The notes under the pieces are model-generated. The model ran no database searches. It had not been told where the DNA came from and worked only from the letters and a program-made list of their open reading frames with translations. From an uncultured Acidimicrobiaceae bacterium (GTDB lineage: Bacteria; Actinomycetota; Acidimicrobiia; Acidimicrobiales; RAAP-2): 64,000 bases of DNA. Of the stretch, positions 1-9,530 are shown one piece after another. The position numbers and the translations under genes are program-made. The stretch spans positions 495,475 through 559,474 of the forward strand of contig OY969891.1 of the NCBI GenBank assembly GCA_963704355.1, written 5' to 3'. How positions within the stretch are numbered: the stretch's first letter is position 1; every line of letters starts with the position of its first letter.

Positions 1-641
1 ACGCCGGCGTCATGGGGACGCCCTACCGCCGGACGGACGACGGCTTCGAGTTGCAGATGGCCACCAACCACCTCGGCCCTTTCGCGCTCACTGGCCTGTT
101 GCTCGACCGTCTGGTCACCACCGAGCGCTCGCGGGTGGTCGCGGTCAGCTCCAACATGCACCGGCTCGGGCGGCTGCGCCTCGACGACGTCGCCGGCACG
201 ACACCGCATAACACGTGGATCACCTACAGCACCTCGAAGTTGGCGAACCTGCTCTTCATCGCCGAGTTGAGCCGGCGCCTCGAGGCGGGCGGCTTTGCCA
301 CCCTGGCGGTGGCCGCGCACCCCGGCTGGACCCGCAGCAACCTCGCGGGCAACGGGGTGGCATTGGGGAACAGCCGGGTCCGGCGCAAGCTGGGCCGCAC
401 CGCCGGGACGACGCTCGGGCAGTCCACGGCGGCCGGCGCCCTGCCGGTGCTCTGCGCCGCCACGGCGACGACTATTCGGCCCGGGCAGTACATCGGCCCG
501 GCGGGGGCATTCGAGCTCTTCGGCCCGCCCCGGGTGGTGCGCCCGTCGAAACGGGCGCGCGACGGCGCGTCGGCCGCCGCGCTGTGGGACGCCTCGGAGG
601 AGCTGACCGGGGTGCGTTACTCGGTGGGGGTGTCCGCCTGA
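1..641 (+). CDS. short-chain dehydrogenase/reductase family oxidoreductase, 5' end cut by window edge
   Basis: ORF 12..641 stays open to the window edge. YxxxK catalytic motif (YSTSKLANLLF) and an SDR-like C-terminal half. Confidence 0.75.
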   Translation, partial: AGVMGTPYRRTDDGFELQMATNHLGPFALTGLLLDRLVTTERSRVVAVSSNMHRLGRLRLDDVAGTTPHNTWITYSTSKLANLLFIAELSRRLEAGGFATLAVAAHPGWTRSNLAGNGVALGNSRVRRKLGRTAGTTLGQSTAAGALPVLCAATATTIRPGQYIGPAGAFELFGPPRVVRPSKRARDGASAAALWDASEELTGVRYSVGVSA

Positions 642-1378
642 ACGCAACGGGCGCACGGCCGCCCGCTCCCGGCGTCGTCTCCGCCGCCGTCTCGTGTCTC
701 GTCGCGCGCCGCCCGGCGCAGGAACGCGGCGTGCGCGGGCACGCGGTCGGGACGGAGCACGCGCCCGACGGCGACGATGACGACCGAGCGGGCTCCGGCG
801 CGGCGCAATGCGGCGGCGGCGCTCTGGGCGCGGGCGCCGCTGACGTAGGTGTCATCGAGCAGGAGGGCGCGCCGCGCCACCACCTCGGCCGGGGTCGCCG
901 GATTCACGATGAAGGCGGCGCCGTCCGGCCGCATGTGCCCGACCTTGGCCTGGCCCCGGCCGAGCAGTCCCGGGGACCAGCGGGCGCCGTGGAGGTGGCG
1001 GCGGACGTCCGCATCGAGTCCGGCCACGCCGATGAGCGGGGAGCCGGCCGGCCGGGCCGACGAGGGGACGGGCAGGACGACCTCGGGGGGACCGCCCCCG
1101 AGTGCCGTCACGCAGGGTGCGTGGTTGCTCAGGAAGCCGTCGAGCAGCGCACGGACCAGCACCGTGAAGCGGCAGCGCGCCTCGTCCACCGGCGACTCCT
1201 TGTAGCCCATGAGCACCGCGTAGAGCGGGCCGGGTAGCGGGCAGAGTCGCACCGGCAGGACCGGGGCGAGCGGGAGACCGAGCCGGCGGCTCACCACGCG
1301 GCAGGCGAAGCACACGGCCTGGCCGCACGACGCCGGCCCACAGCAGACGAGGCAGACGCCCGGCCCGGGGGCCGGCAC
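617..1378 (-). CDS. ComF-family phosphoribosyltransferase-like protein
   Basis: N-terminal Cys-rich zinc-finger-like segment (CLVCCGP..CGQAVCFAC). C-terminal PRTase motif (ALLLDDTYVSGARAQSAA..VVIVAVGR). Confidence 0.7.
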   Translation of the reverse strand: MPAPGPGVCLVCCGPASCGQAVCFACRVVSRRLGLPLAPVLPVRLCPLPGPLYAVLMGYKESPVDEARCRFTVLVRALLDGFLSNHAPCVTALGGGPPEVVLPVPSSARPAGSPLIGVAGLDADVRRHLHGARWSPGLLGRGQAKVGHMRPDGAAFIVNPATPAEVVARRALLLDDTYVSGARAQSAAAALRRAGARSVVIVAVGRVLRPDRVPAHAAFLRRAARDETRDGGGDDAGSGRPCARCVQADTPTE

Positions 1379-1409
1379 GCCGTAACGATCGTGGGGTGGG
1401 CGAGGGGTC

Positions 1410-1871
1410 CTACGTGGGGTCGGGTTCTGGCGGCGGATCGGGTCGATGCAACAGAAAGGTCCCGGTCGCCCGGCTGACCAGCGCGCCGTCCGCGTCGCGC
1501 ACCGTGGCCTCGCCGTAGGCCACCTGCTTGGCCATGCGCGCCACCTCGCCCCGCAGGAAGTAGGTCTCGCCCTTGAGCGCCGGGCGCATGCACTCCGTCT
1601 TCATCTCGAGCGTGCCCCGGGTCCGGGCCTTGCCCGGCAGGGCGGCGTTGATGGCGAAGTTCATGGCCGCATCGAGCAGGAGGGAGTGGACGCCGGCCTG
1701 CGTCACCCCGTGCGGGTTGGAGGCCAGGTCGGTCGGGGTGAACGTCCCGCCCGCCCAGCCCAGGTCCTCGCCGTCCACGCCGTAGCCGGTGAAGGCGCCG
1801 CCGACGGCGTCGATGATCGGCATCCCGCCGTCGCCCAGCCAACGGTCCATGTCCTTCACGGTGCGGTTCAT
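1410..1871 (-). CDS. PaaI-family hotdog-fold thioesterase
   Basis: 153 aa. The GGxxHGG-like core (NPHGVTQAGVHSLLLDAAMNFA) and overall length are typical of PaaI/4HBT thioesterases. Confidence 0.7.
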   Translation of the reverse strand: MNRTVKDMDRWLGDGGMPIIDAVGGAFTGYGVDGEDLGWAGGTFTPTDLASNPHGVTQAGVHSLLLDAAMNFAINAALPGKARTRGTLEMKTECMRPALKGETYFLRGEVARMAKQVAYGEATVRDADGALVSRATGTFLLHRPDPPPEPDPT

Positions 1872-1985
1872 CGGGGGCAGACCCTACCGGGCGCCCAAGT
1901 GGCCCTCCGGGGCGCTCCGGGTAGAATGTGCGGCGATCTGGACCGGCAGGGCGTCAGGTGCCCACCGGATTTGGGAGGAGACACC

Positions 1986-3164
1986 ATGACCACCGCAGTC
2001 GTCGTCGACGCCGTCCGGACGGGAGGCGGCAAGCGCAACGGGAAGCTCCGGGGCTGGCATGCCGTGGACCTGGCCTCCGAGTCGTTGAAGGCGCTCGCCG
2101 AGCGCAACGACCTGGACCCGGCCCTGGTGGACGACGTCATCATGGGCTGCGTCATGCAGGTCTCCGAGCAGTCGCTCAACGTCGGTCGCAACGCGGTGCT
2201 GGCCGCCGGCTGGCCCGAGTCGGTGCCGGCCACGTCGATCGACCGCCAGTGCGGGTCGTCGCAGCAGGCCGTGCACTTCGCGGCCCAGGGTGTCATGGCG
2301 GGCGCCTACGACGTGGCGATTGCCGCCGGCGTCGAGAGCATGACCCACACGCCGATGGGCGCCTCGGTCGTGCGCGACTTCGGGTTCCCGTTCGGCCCGC
2401 GCATGATGGCGCGTTACGCCGAGAAGGGCGGCCTGAAGGGGCAGGGCATCGGGGCCGAGATGATCGCCGACCAGTGGGGCATCTCGCGCGACGACCTCGA
2501 CGCCTTCTCGCTGCAGAGCCACCAGAGGGCGGCGCGGGCCACCGAGGAAGGCCGCTTCGAGAACGAGATCATCCCCGTCGTCGTCAAGGACGAGGAGGGC
2601 AACGAAACCGACGAGCTGCTGACGAAGGACGAGGGCATCCGCCCTGACACGACCCTGGAGAAGCTCGCCGGCCTCAAGCCCGCCTTCAAGGAGGACGGCA
2701 AGGTCACGGCGGGCAACTCGTCGCAGATCACGGATGGCTCTTCGGCCGTGCTCATCATGAGCGAGGAGAAGGCCAACGCGCTCGGCCTGCGCCCGCGGGC
2801 CCGCTTCCACGCCTTCGCCCTGGCGGGCGTCGACCCGGTGACGATGTTGACCGGCCCCATCCCGGCGACCACGTCCGTGCTCGAGCGGGCCAAGCTCACG
2901 ATGGACGACATCGACGCGGTCGAGATCAACGAGGCCTTCGCCTCCGTGGTGCTGGCGTGGGAGAAGGAGCACCACCCGAACATGGAGACGGTGAACCCCA
3001 ACGGTGGTGCCATCGCCCTCGGGCACCCGCTCGGTGCCTCGGGCGGCAAGCTCCTCGGCACGCTGCTCAACGAGCTGGAGCGCACCGGCGGCCGCTACGG
3101 GCTGCTCACGATGTGCGAGGGCGGCGGGCTGGCGAACGCCACGATCATCGAGCGCCTGGGCTAG
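1986..3164 (+). CDS. acetyl-CoA C-acetyltransferase (thiolase)
   Basis: ATG at 1986 lies in frame within ORF 1446..3164. Acyl-Cys motif IDRQCGSSQQAV, NSSQITDGSSAV, GHPLGASG and C-terminal CEGGGLANA. Confidence 0.9.
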   Translation: MTTAVVVDAVRTGGGKRNGKLRGWHAVDLASESLKALAERNDLDPALVDDVIMGCVMQVSEQSLNVGRNAVLAAGWPESVPATSIDRQCGSSQQAVHFAAQGVMAGAYDVAIAAGVESMTHTPMGASVVRDFGFPFGPRMMARYAEKGGLKGQGIGAEMIADQWGISRDDLDAFSLQSHQRAARATEEGRFENEIIPVVVKDEEGNETDELLTKDEGIRPDTTLEKLAGLKPAFKEDGKVTAGNSSQITDGSSAVLIMSEEKANALGLRPRARFHAFALAGVDPVTMLTGPIPATTSVLERAKLTMDDIDAVEINEAFASVVLAWEKEHHPNMETVNPNGGAIALGHPLGASGGKLLGTLLNELERTGGRYGLLTMCEGGGLANATIIERLG

Positions 3165-3323
3165 GTCCGGGTTCGGGTTCGGGTCGGGTCGGGTCGCCCT
3201 GAGGCCTTGAGGCCCGGCGACCCTCAGAGACCCGGTGGTGTCTCCAGAAACCGTAAACCGGTTGGCTTAGACCTTCGGCGCTCTCTCACGTGGCGCGACG
3301 ACGCGGTCGCGGCCCCGCCGAGG

Positions 3324-3644
3324 TCAGTGGTAGCGGGTGGCCGCCAGGAAGCCGGCGAAAATCATGACCAGGCCGATCACCAGCCCCCAGGGCGAGCCGT
3401 GCGCCAAGCCGGGGAGCCTTGCCAGGTAGTTGACGGTGATGATCGCCACCCCGCCGATGAGCAACACGAGGATGAGCACACCGAACCAGGGCGGGCTGTG
3501 CCGCACACTCTTGGGGATGGGCGCGGTGTACCGGCCGCTCTCCTCGGGCGTCTTGTAGCGCCCGACCTTCGAGGTCGTCCGTCCTTGGGAGGACTTGCCC
3601 TTGCGGGACGCGCCGCCTGGCCCTTTGGTGCTGGTTGCTGCCAC
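3324..3644 (-). CDS. crgA: cell division protein CrgA
   Basis: 106 aa with a basic N-terminus and two TM helices (WFGVLILVLLIGGVAIITVNY / GLVIGLVMIFAGFLAATRYH). Conserved position next to trpG and pknB as in other actinobacteria. Confidence 0.8.
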   Translation of the reverse strand: MAATSTKGPGGASRKGKSSQGRTTSKVGRYKTPEESGRYTAPIPKSVRHSPPWFGVLILVLLIGGVAIITVNYLARLPGLAHGSPWGLVIGLVMIFAGFLAATRYH

Positions 3645-3724
3645 GGCGTCAGAGGTTAGCCAGCAGAGCGGGGTCCTTCCCGGCGGGCCGGCCCACCGCA
3701 GGGCTTGGGTACGATGGTCCGCCC

Positions 3725-4327
3725 ATGGGACCCCGGGTGCTCGTCGTCGACAACTACGACTCCTTCGTCTACAACCTGGTCCAAGAACTCGGTGAGATCG
3801 GAGCGGACCCGGTCGTGTACCGCAACGATGCCATCGACGTCGATGGCATCCGCGCCGAGCGGCCCGACGCTGTGCTCATTTCGCCCGGACCGGGGCGGCC
3901 CGAGGACGGGGGCGTGAGCCTCGAGGCCATCCGCCGACTGGCCGGGGCGATCCCGCTGCTCGGCGTGTGTCTCGGGCACCAGTGCGTCGGCCAGGCCTAC
4001 GGGGGGGAGATCGTGGCCGCCCCACACCTCATGCACGGCAAGACATCGGAGATCCACCACAACGGGGAAGGCCTCTTCGCGGGACTCCCTAACCCCTTCG
4101 TAGCGACCCGCTACCACTCCCTCGTCGTGCGACCGGACTCGGTGCCGGCGGAACTCGAGGTCACGGCGACCTCGAGCGACGGCGTCGTCATGGGACTGCG
4201 CCACCGGTCGCTGCCGGTGGAGGGCGTGCAGTTCCATCCCGAGTCGGTGCTCACCGCGTCGGGACCGGCGCTGCTGGCCAACTTTCTCGGACAGTTGTCC
4301 TCCGGGAAGGCCGTCGCCGGAGCCTGA
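3725..4327 (+). CDS. trpG: anthranilate/aminodeoxychorismate synthase component II (glutamine amidotransferase)
   Basis: Starts MGPRVLVVDNYDSFVYNLVQ. Class-I GATase motifs GVCLGHQC and QFHPES. In frame in ORF 3635..4327. Confidence 0.9.
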   Translation: MGPRVLVVDNYDSFVYNLVQELGEIGADPVVYRNDAIDVDGIRAERPDAVLISPGPGRPEDGGVSLEAIRRLAGAIPLLGVCLGHQCVGQAYGGEIVAAPHLMHGKTSEIHHNGEGLFAGLPNPFVATRYHSLVVRPDSVPAELEVTATSSDGVVMGLRHRSLPVEGVQFHPESVLTASGPALLANFLGQLSSGKAVAGA

Positions 4328-4352
4328 ACTCTGAGCGAGGAAGATTGCTCGG

Positions 4353-6362
4353 CTAGGGACGACGGTGGTGGAAACCCGGGCCGCTGTTGCCGCCGACGCC
4401 GGCGGTGGTCGACGTGGTCGTCGAGCTCGAGCTCGGCGACGTGGTCGTGGTCGTCGTGGTGGCGGACTGGCACACCGAGATGTTGACCGTCGTGCCGTTG
4501 TTCACCTGCGCGCCGGCGGCCGGGTTCTGGCTGTCCACGTTGCCGGGTTGGGCGTTGCCGGGGCAGGTGGTGTCGAACATCGCGTTCGGGACGAGGCCGG
4601 CGGTCATGAGCGCGCTCTGCGCCGACGACTGGGTCTGACCCACCACGCCGGGCACCGACACGCAGCTCCCGCTCGAGATCACGATGTTCACCGCCGCGTT
4701 GGGCTGGACGCTCTGCCCGCCTGACGGGCTCTGCTGGGCCACCAGCCCGGTGGAGAACTGGCTGGAGCACGCGCTCGTCTGGCTTCCGACGTTCAGGCCG
4801 GCCCGCGTGAGGATGGCCCCTGCGTTGGTCGGCGACTGCCCGAGGACGCTCGGCACCGACACCGACGTCTGGGTGCCCACCACGGTCAGTTGCACCGGGA
4901 TGTTGGCCTTGATGTTCGAGCCACCGGAGGGGTTCTGACTGACCACGACGCCGCTCGGCTGACTGCTCTCGGTGTATTTCACGGTGTAGGTCAGATTGGC
5001 CGCGGTCAGCTTCTGGATGGCTGGCGCAAGTTGCTCGCCGGTCACCGTGGGCACCTGGACCGTCGGGATGTTGGGCCCTGAGCTCACCACGAGGTTGACC
5101 TCGGAGTTCTTCCCGACCGAGGTCCCCGCCTTGGGATTGATCGACAGCACGAGACCGCTTGCCGTGGTGCTCTGCTGGTGGGTCACCGTCCCCACGGCCA
5201 GGCCCTCGTTCATCAGGGTCTGCGTCGCCACGCTCTGCGTCTCTCCGACCACATTGGGCACGTCCACGTTGCCGCCCAACGAGCGGAAGAGGAAGAACGC
5301 GATCACGCCGAGCGCCACGAGCAGCACGATCAACACGAGTACGAGGCGGCGGGTGCGCTTCTTGCGTTCCTCGTCGTCGCGGTCGGCGGTCGACGGGCGG
5401 GTGCCGGCCGGCACGGCCATCGTGCGGCCGGTGGCGGGGCTCATCATTGTGGTGGCAGTAGCCGGTCCTGCCCCCGCCCCCACTGCTGCCATTACCGACG
5501 TCAGGCCGACGTCGCTGGCCTCGACCGGCCGCCCGTCGGCGAAGCGAAGCAGGTCGGCGCGCAACTCCTCGGCCGATCCGTACCGGTCCGCCGGGTTCTT
5601 GGCCATCGCTTTCATGATCACGGCCTCGAGCGCGACCGGCACCGCGGGGTTGACTTGACGGGGCAGGTCGGGTTCGTCGCGCACGTGCTTGGACGCCACG
5701 GCCACCGGTGAGTCACCGGTGAAGGGCGGACGTCCCACCGCCATCTCGTAGAGGACCACTCCGAGGGAGTAGATGTCGCTGCGGGCGTCGACCCCCTTGC
5801 CTTCGGCCTGTTCGGGCGAGAAGTAGGCCGCCGTGCCCATCACCGCGCCTGTCTGCGTGAGACTCTCCTCGGTATTGATGGCGCGGGCGATGCCGAAGTC
5901 CGTGACCTTGACCTCGCCCTCGGGGGTGATGAGCACGTTGCCGGGCTTCACGTCGCGGTGGACCACGCCGTGCCGATGGGCGAACGCGAGCGCGGCCGCG
6001 ACCCCGGCCCCGATCATGGCGACCTGGCGCGGGTCGAGTCGTTGCGGGTCGCGCAGCACCGCCGAGAGCGCGCGCCCGTCGATGTACTCCATCACGATGA
6101 AGTAGGCACCGTCGTCCTCGCCCCAGTCGAAGACAGGGACGATGTTGGGGTGTGACAGGTTGGCCGCCGCCTGCGCTTCCCGCCGGAAGCGCTCGACGAA
6201 GGTCTTGTCGACCGAGAGCTCGGGGAACAGGACCTTCAGCGCGACCGGTCGGTCCAATTGACGGTCAACGGCGCGGTAGACCTGCGCCATCCCGCCCCGG
6301 GCGACCAGATGGGTCAGCTCGTAACGGCCGGAGTAGATCCGAGGCGTGTCGACCGGTTGCAT
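4353..6362 (-). CDS. pknB: Ser/Thr protein kinase PknB with four PASTA domains
   Basis: Kinase motifs GGMAQVYRA, VALK, HRDVKPGNVL, DFGIARA and SPEQ. One TM helix (LVLVLIVLLVALGVIAFFLF), four PASTA-like repeats, then a Thr/Ser-rich tail. Confidence 0.95.
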   Translation of the reverse strand: MQPVDTPRIYSGRYELTHLVARGGMAQVYRAVDRQLDRPVALKVLFPELSVDKTFVERFRREAQAAANLSHPNIVPVFDWGEDDGAYFIVMEYIDGRALSAVLRDPQRLDPRQVAMIGAGVAAALAFAHRHGVVHRDVKPGNVLITPEGEVKVTDFGIARAINTEESLTQTGAVMGTAAYFSPEQAEGKGVDARSDIYSLGVVLYEMAVGRPPFTGDSPVAVASKHVRDEPDLPRQVNPAVPVALEAVIMKAMAKNPADRYGSAEELRADLLRFADGRPVEASDVGLTSVMAAVGAGAGPATATTMMSPATGRTMAVPAGTRPSTADRDDEERKKRTRRLVLVLIVLLVALGVIAFFLFRSLGGNVDVPNVVGETQSVATQTLMNEGLAVGTVTHQQSTTASGLVLSINPKAGTSVGKNSEVNLVVSSGPNIPTVQVPTVTGEQLAPAIQKLTAANLTYTVKYTESSQPSGVVVSQNPSGGSNIKANIPVQLTVVGTQTSVSVPSVLGQSPTNAGAILTRAGLNVGSQTSACSSQFSTGLVAQQSPSGGQSVQPNAAVNIVISSGSCVSVPGVVGQTQSSAQSALMTAGLVPNAMFDTTCPGNAQPGNVDSQNPAAGAQVNNGTTVNISVCQSATTTTTTTSPSSSSTTTSTTAGVGGNSGPGFHHRRP

Positions 6363-6493
6363 GGCGTCCTGAGCCTACGCTGGAGGCCCCGAGGGGCGGG
6401 GTCTGTCCGAGCAGGAAAGGGCAGCGTACCGGGCGGGTCCTCCGGGGTTCGTGCGCCCCTTGCCGGCGTGGCGGGCCGAAGGGAGGATCGGCA

Positions 6494-8056
6494 TCACAGG
6501 CCGCCTCCCGGTGTGGCGGTGGTCGTCGTGGTCGTGCTGCCGTTCGCCCCGTTGGCGCCCGGTGCGGTCGTGCTGGTCGTCGTCGTCGTGGTGGTGGTGG
6601 TCGTCGTCACCGAGGCGACGAGGCTGTTCACATAGTTCTTGGCGTCCTTGAGCGAGGACTTCTGGACACCCGCAGTGACCGGTCCGACGGCAGCGGGCGG
6701 AATCTGGCCGGTGGTCTTGCCGGTGTGGTCCACGATCTTCGGGTGGAACCACAACACGCCGCCGAGCTGGCCCTGCTTGACCACGATCTGGTCGCCCTGG
6801 GTCGTGACGATCCAGTTGTCGTAGGCGTACCAGCGAAGCACGAAGTACGCAGCGACGGGCACCGCGGCCACGAGAAGGACGAATCCGAGGACCCGGAACG
6901 TGATCCGATGTGGAATACCGAGCCGGCGCCGGCGGGCCCGCCGACTCTCCTTCTCGGGCTTTTCCGCGACCGGGACCCTTTCCGGGGGCACCCGTGTGGT
7001 CGCGCGCGCCACGGGGACCGCGGCGGCCGCGCCCAAGAAGAACTCGTCGCTCCGCGGCCCCTCCTCGGCCAACGTCGTCGTCTCGTCGCCGAAACCCAGC
7101 CGCGCCCCCGGGGCTAGGGTGTCCGACAACGAACGCGCGCCCATCTGCGCGCTCTGGGTGGCGGGAAGTGCCTGCGTCAGGTTGGTGCCGTCCGAGGGGT
7201 CCGAAGCAACAGCGTCCGCGGTCTCGGTACCCGTGGAGGCTCCGTTCGCTGCGCCGGCAGCCGCCGACGCGACGGCAGGGGCGGCGGCCGCGCCCATGGC
7301 CGAGACCTTGGATGCGGTGCCGGATCCGTCCTCCCCGATCTGCACGTCGACGATGACGACGGTGATGTTGTCCGCGCCGCCGTGCTCGTTCGCCACGTCG
7401 ACCAGTCGATGCGCCGCTTCCTCGGGGTCGGCGACCGCGCCGAGCACGTCGGCCATTTCGTCCATCTCGACCTCGTTGGACAGGCCGTCGGAGCACAGCA
7501 GGACACGATCCCCACTACGCAGGTGGAGCTCCCACATGTCGGCCTGCACCTCGGAGGAGACCCCGAGGGCTCGGGTGAGGATGTGCCGCTGCGGGTGGAC
7601 GGCCGCCTCGGCCTCGGTCATCTCGCCATGGCGCATCCGCTCCTCGGCCAGGCTGTGGTCGTCGGTGATCTGGACGAGCTCTCCCTCGGAGAAGACGTAG
7701 GCCCGGGAGTCCCCGACGTTGGCCAGGGCCAGCACGTCGCGACCGTCGTCGTCACCGACCAGCGCCACCGCAGTGAGCGTGGTCCCCATGCCCCGGAGGT
7801 CGGTGTTGGCCTGGCTCTCGTACCAGACCGCGGCGTTCGCCTCGGAGAACGCGTGTCGCAGTCCGCTGACGGTCGGCGTCTTCTCGAAGGCGTGTTCGAG
7901 CGTCTCGATGGCGACCCGGGCCGCCACCTCGCCGCCGACGTGGCCACCCATGCCATCCGCAACCGCGTAGAGGTTGGGGCGTTCCAGCGGGAGGTCCTGG
8001 TTGATCGGCCGCACCCGCCCGACGTCGGATGCCGAGCCCGAGCGCAGGACGGTCAC
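6494..8056 (-). CDS. pstP: PP2C-family Ser/Thr phosphatase PstP (membrane anchored)
   Basis: PP2C motifs ADGMGGH, LLCSDGL and GGADNITVV. TM helix (ITFRVLGFVLLVAAVPVAAYFVL), an extracytoplasmic domain and a poly-Thr tail. Its start overlaps the fhaB stop by 4 nt. Confidence 0.9.
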   Translation of the reverse strand: MTVLRSGSASDVGRVRPINQDLPLERPNLYAVADGMGGHVGGEVAARVAIETLEHAFEKTPTVSGLRHAFSEANAAVWYESQANTDLRGMGTTLTAVALVGDDDGRDVLALANVGDSRAYVFSEGELVQITDDHSLAEERMRHGEMTEAEAAVHPQRHILTRALGVSSEVQADMWELHLRSGDRVLLCSDGLSNEVEMDEMADVLGAVADPEEAAHRLVDVANEHGGADNITVVIVDVQIGEDGSGTASKVSAMGAAAAPAVASAAAGAANGASTGTETADAVASDPSDGTNLTQALPATQSAQMGARSLSDTLAPGARLGFGDETTTLAEEGPRSDEFFLGAAAAVPVARATTRVPPERVPVAEKPEKESRRARRRRLGIPHRITFRVLGFVLLVAAVPVAAYFVLRWYAYDNWIVTTQGDQIVVKQGQLGGVLWFHPKIVDHTGKTTGQIPPAAVGPVTAGVQKSSLKDAKNYVNSLVASVTTTTTTTTTTTSTTAPGANGANGSTTTTTTATPGGGL

Positions 8057-8586
8057 TTCGACACCTCGAACACGGTCGAGCCGATCTGCAGCAGATCACC
8101 CTTGCCGAGCCGCATCGCCTGAGTGATCTGCTCGGAGTTGACAAAGGTGCCGTTGGTCGAGCCGAGGTCCTCGATCCAGAGCTGGTCGTTGCGCCGGAAG
8201 AGGCGCGCGTGGAGCGTGGAGGTGTAGATGTCTTGCGGCATGGCGACGCCGCAGCCCGGCGAGCGACCGATGGTGAGCTCGTCGTCGAGGTCGTAGCTGC
8301 GCCCCGCGTGATCCGGCGGCTGCACGACGGTGAGATACAGCTGCTTGCGCCGGCTCGGCTTCGGCTGCTCGGCCGGACGCGACGCTGCCCGCTCCTCGCG
8401 CCGCTCCTGTCGCTTCTGCCAGCGCGCCTTGCGGATGGTGGCCGGGCTCATCTCGACCCACACGGCACGGATGACCCGCAGGAAGAAGAGGAAGATGAGA
8501 GCGATGACACCCCATTGCAGGACGCGGAGCACCGCGTTCAGATTCTGCGTGGCGACCAGGACGGCCACCGCACCCGGTGTGGTCAC
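8053..8586 (-). CDS. fhaB: FHA-domain membrane protein FhaB/FipA
   Basis: GTG at 8586 overlaps the fhaA stop (GTGA). N-terminal TM helix (WGVIALIFLFFLRVI). C-terminal FHA motifs (TIGRSPGCGV, LGSTNGTFVN). Confidence 0.8.
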   Translation of the reverse strand: MTTPGAVAVLVATQNLNAVLRVLQWGVIALIFLFFLRVIRAVWVEMSPATIRKARWQKRQERREERAASRPAEQPKPSRRKQLYLTVVQPPDHAGRSYDLDDELTIGRSPGCGVAMPQDIYTSTLHARLFRRNDQLWIEDLGSTNGTFVNSEQITQAMRLGKGDLLQIGSTVFEVSK

Positions 8587-9242
8587 GACATTTCGAAGAT
8601 GAGCCTCGTCGAACCCACGGTGACCTCGTCGCCGCTCGCGAGGAGCTGCTCGCGGACCGGGGCCCCGTTGACCCTGGTCCCGTTCGTGGATCCCAGGTCG
8701 GTGACGAAGACGCCGTCGCCCTTCCGGCGCAGTTCGGCATGGCGCCGGCTCACGTTCGAGTCGGGCAGGACGACATCGCACTCGGGCAGGCGGCCGATGA
8801 CCAGGGCGTGGTCCGAGCCGACGGCGACCCGGCGCCCGTCCGGAAGGACGAGCTCGGCCAAGAAGCCCCCGTCCTCGCTCTGGTGGACGTCGGCGGTCAC
8901 CGTAAAACGGCCCGGCTTGAGGTTGGACCCCTCGAAGATCTCGACCTCCACAGGCCCGACGAACGAGTAGCCCTCGATCCGAGCGTGCTCCCGGGCGGCG
9001 TCGGACAGCTCCCGGGAGAGGGCATCGATGAAGTTGGCAAAACGGCTGACGTCCGCCGGCGACAGGGTCACGGCGAATGCATTCGGCGCGATGAGCCCTC
9101 GTACCCCCACCCGTCGGTGCAGGTCCATCTCGCGCGTCAACCTCCGGCCGATCTCGACCGGTTGGAGGTTGCTTCGAAATGGCTTGGCCAACGTTCCCTC
9201 CACGAGCCGCTCGAGGCGCTCCTCAAACTGCTGGAGTCCCAT
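8583..9242 (-). CDS. fhaA: FhaA-like protein (DUF3662 N-domain plus C-terminal FHA domain)
   Basis: Starts MGLQQFEERLERLVEG, typical of DUF3662. C-terminal FHA (IGRLPECDVVL..SRRHAEL..DLGSTNGTRVNG). The ATG at 9242 is preferred over the upstream ORF start at 9317. Confidence 0.85.
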   Translation of the reverse strand: MGLQQFEERLERLVEGTLAKPFRSNLQPVEIGRRLTREMDLHRRVGVRGLIAPNAFAVTLSPADVSRFANFIDALSRELSDAAREHARIEGYSFVGPVEVEIFEGSNLKPGRFTVTADVHQSEDGGFLAELVLPDGRRVAVGSDHALVIGRLPECDVVLPDSNVSRRHAELRRKGDGVFVTDLGSTNGTRVNGAPVREQLLASGDEVTVGSTRLIFEMS

Positions 9243-9377
9243 GGTCCTTGAAACAATACCGGCCCCGTGCGCTGGAGAGGGACTCGGCAGGCGTCTGACC
9301 TGGTCACCTGCATTCAAAATCAGCCTCAGGGCTGATCTGGGTCGCCCTCGGCACCGACTACTGTTGTCGGGTCACTC

Positions 9378-9461
<84 letters not shown>

Positions 9462-9530
9462 CCGACGCGAGCGCACCCCTGAGCGGCGCCGCACTCGTGA
9501 GGATCCGGTCTCACCGGGCCGAGGAGCCGA

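Noticed and set aside
3165-3230. Short GGGTTC/GGGTC tandem units followed by GGGTCGCC..GGCGACCC and CTGAGG..CCTCAG complementary segments between convergent thiolase and crgA
   Set aside because: It could be a bidirectional terminator. However, the two helices are mutually exclusive and short, and there is no U-tract, so I did not call a feature.
4356-6607. Trinucleotide-like repeats at the 3' ends of pknB and pstP, and the (GN)n repeat at 27069-27113, as possible CRISPR or non-coding repeat arrays
   Set aside because: They are in-frame coding low-complexity tracts (poly-Thr, Gly-Asn) with no spacer/repeat periodicity. There are no cas genes in the window.
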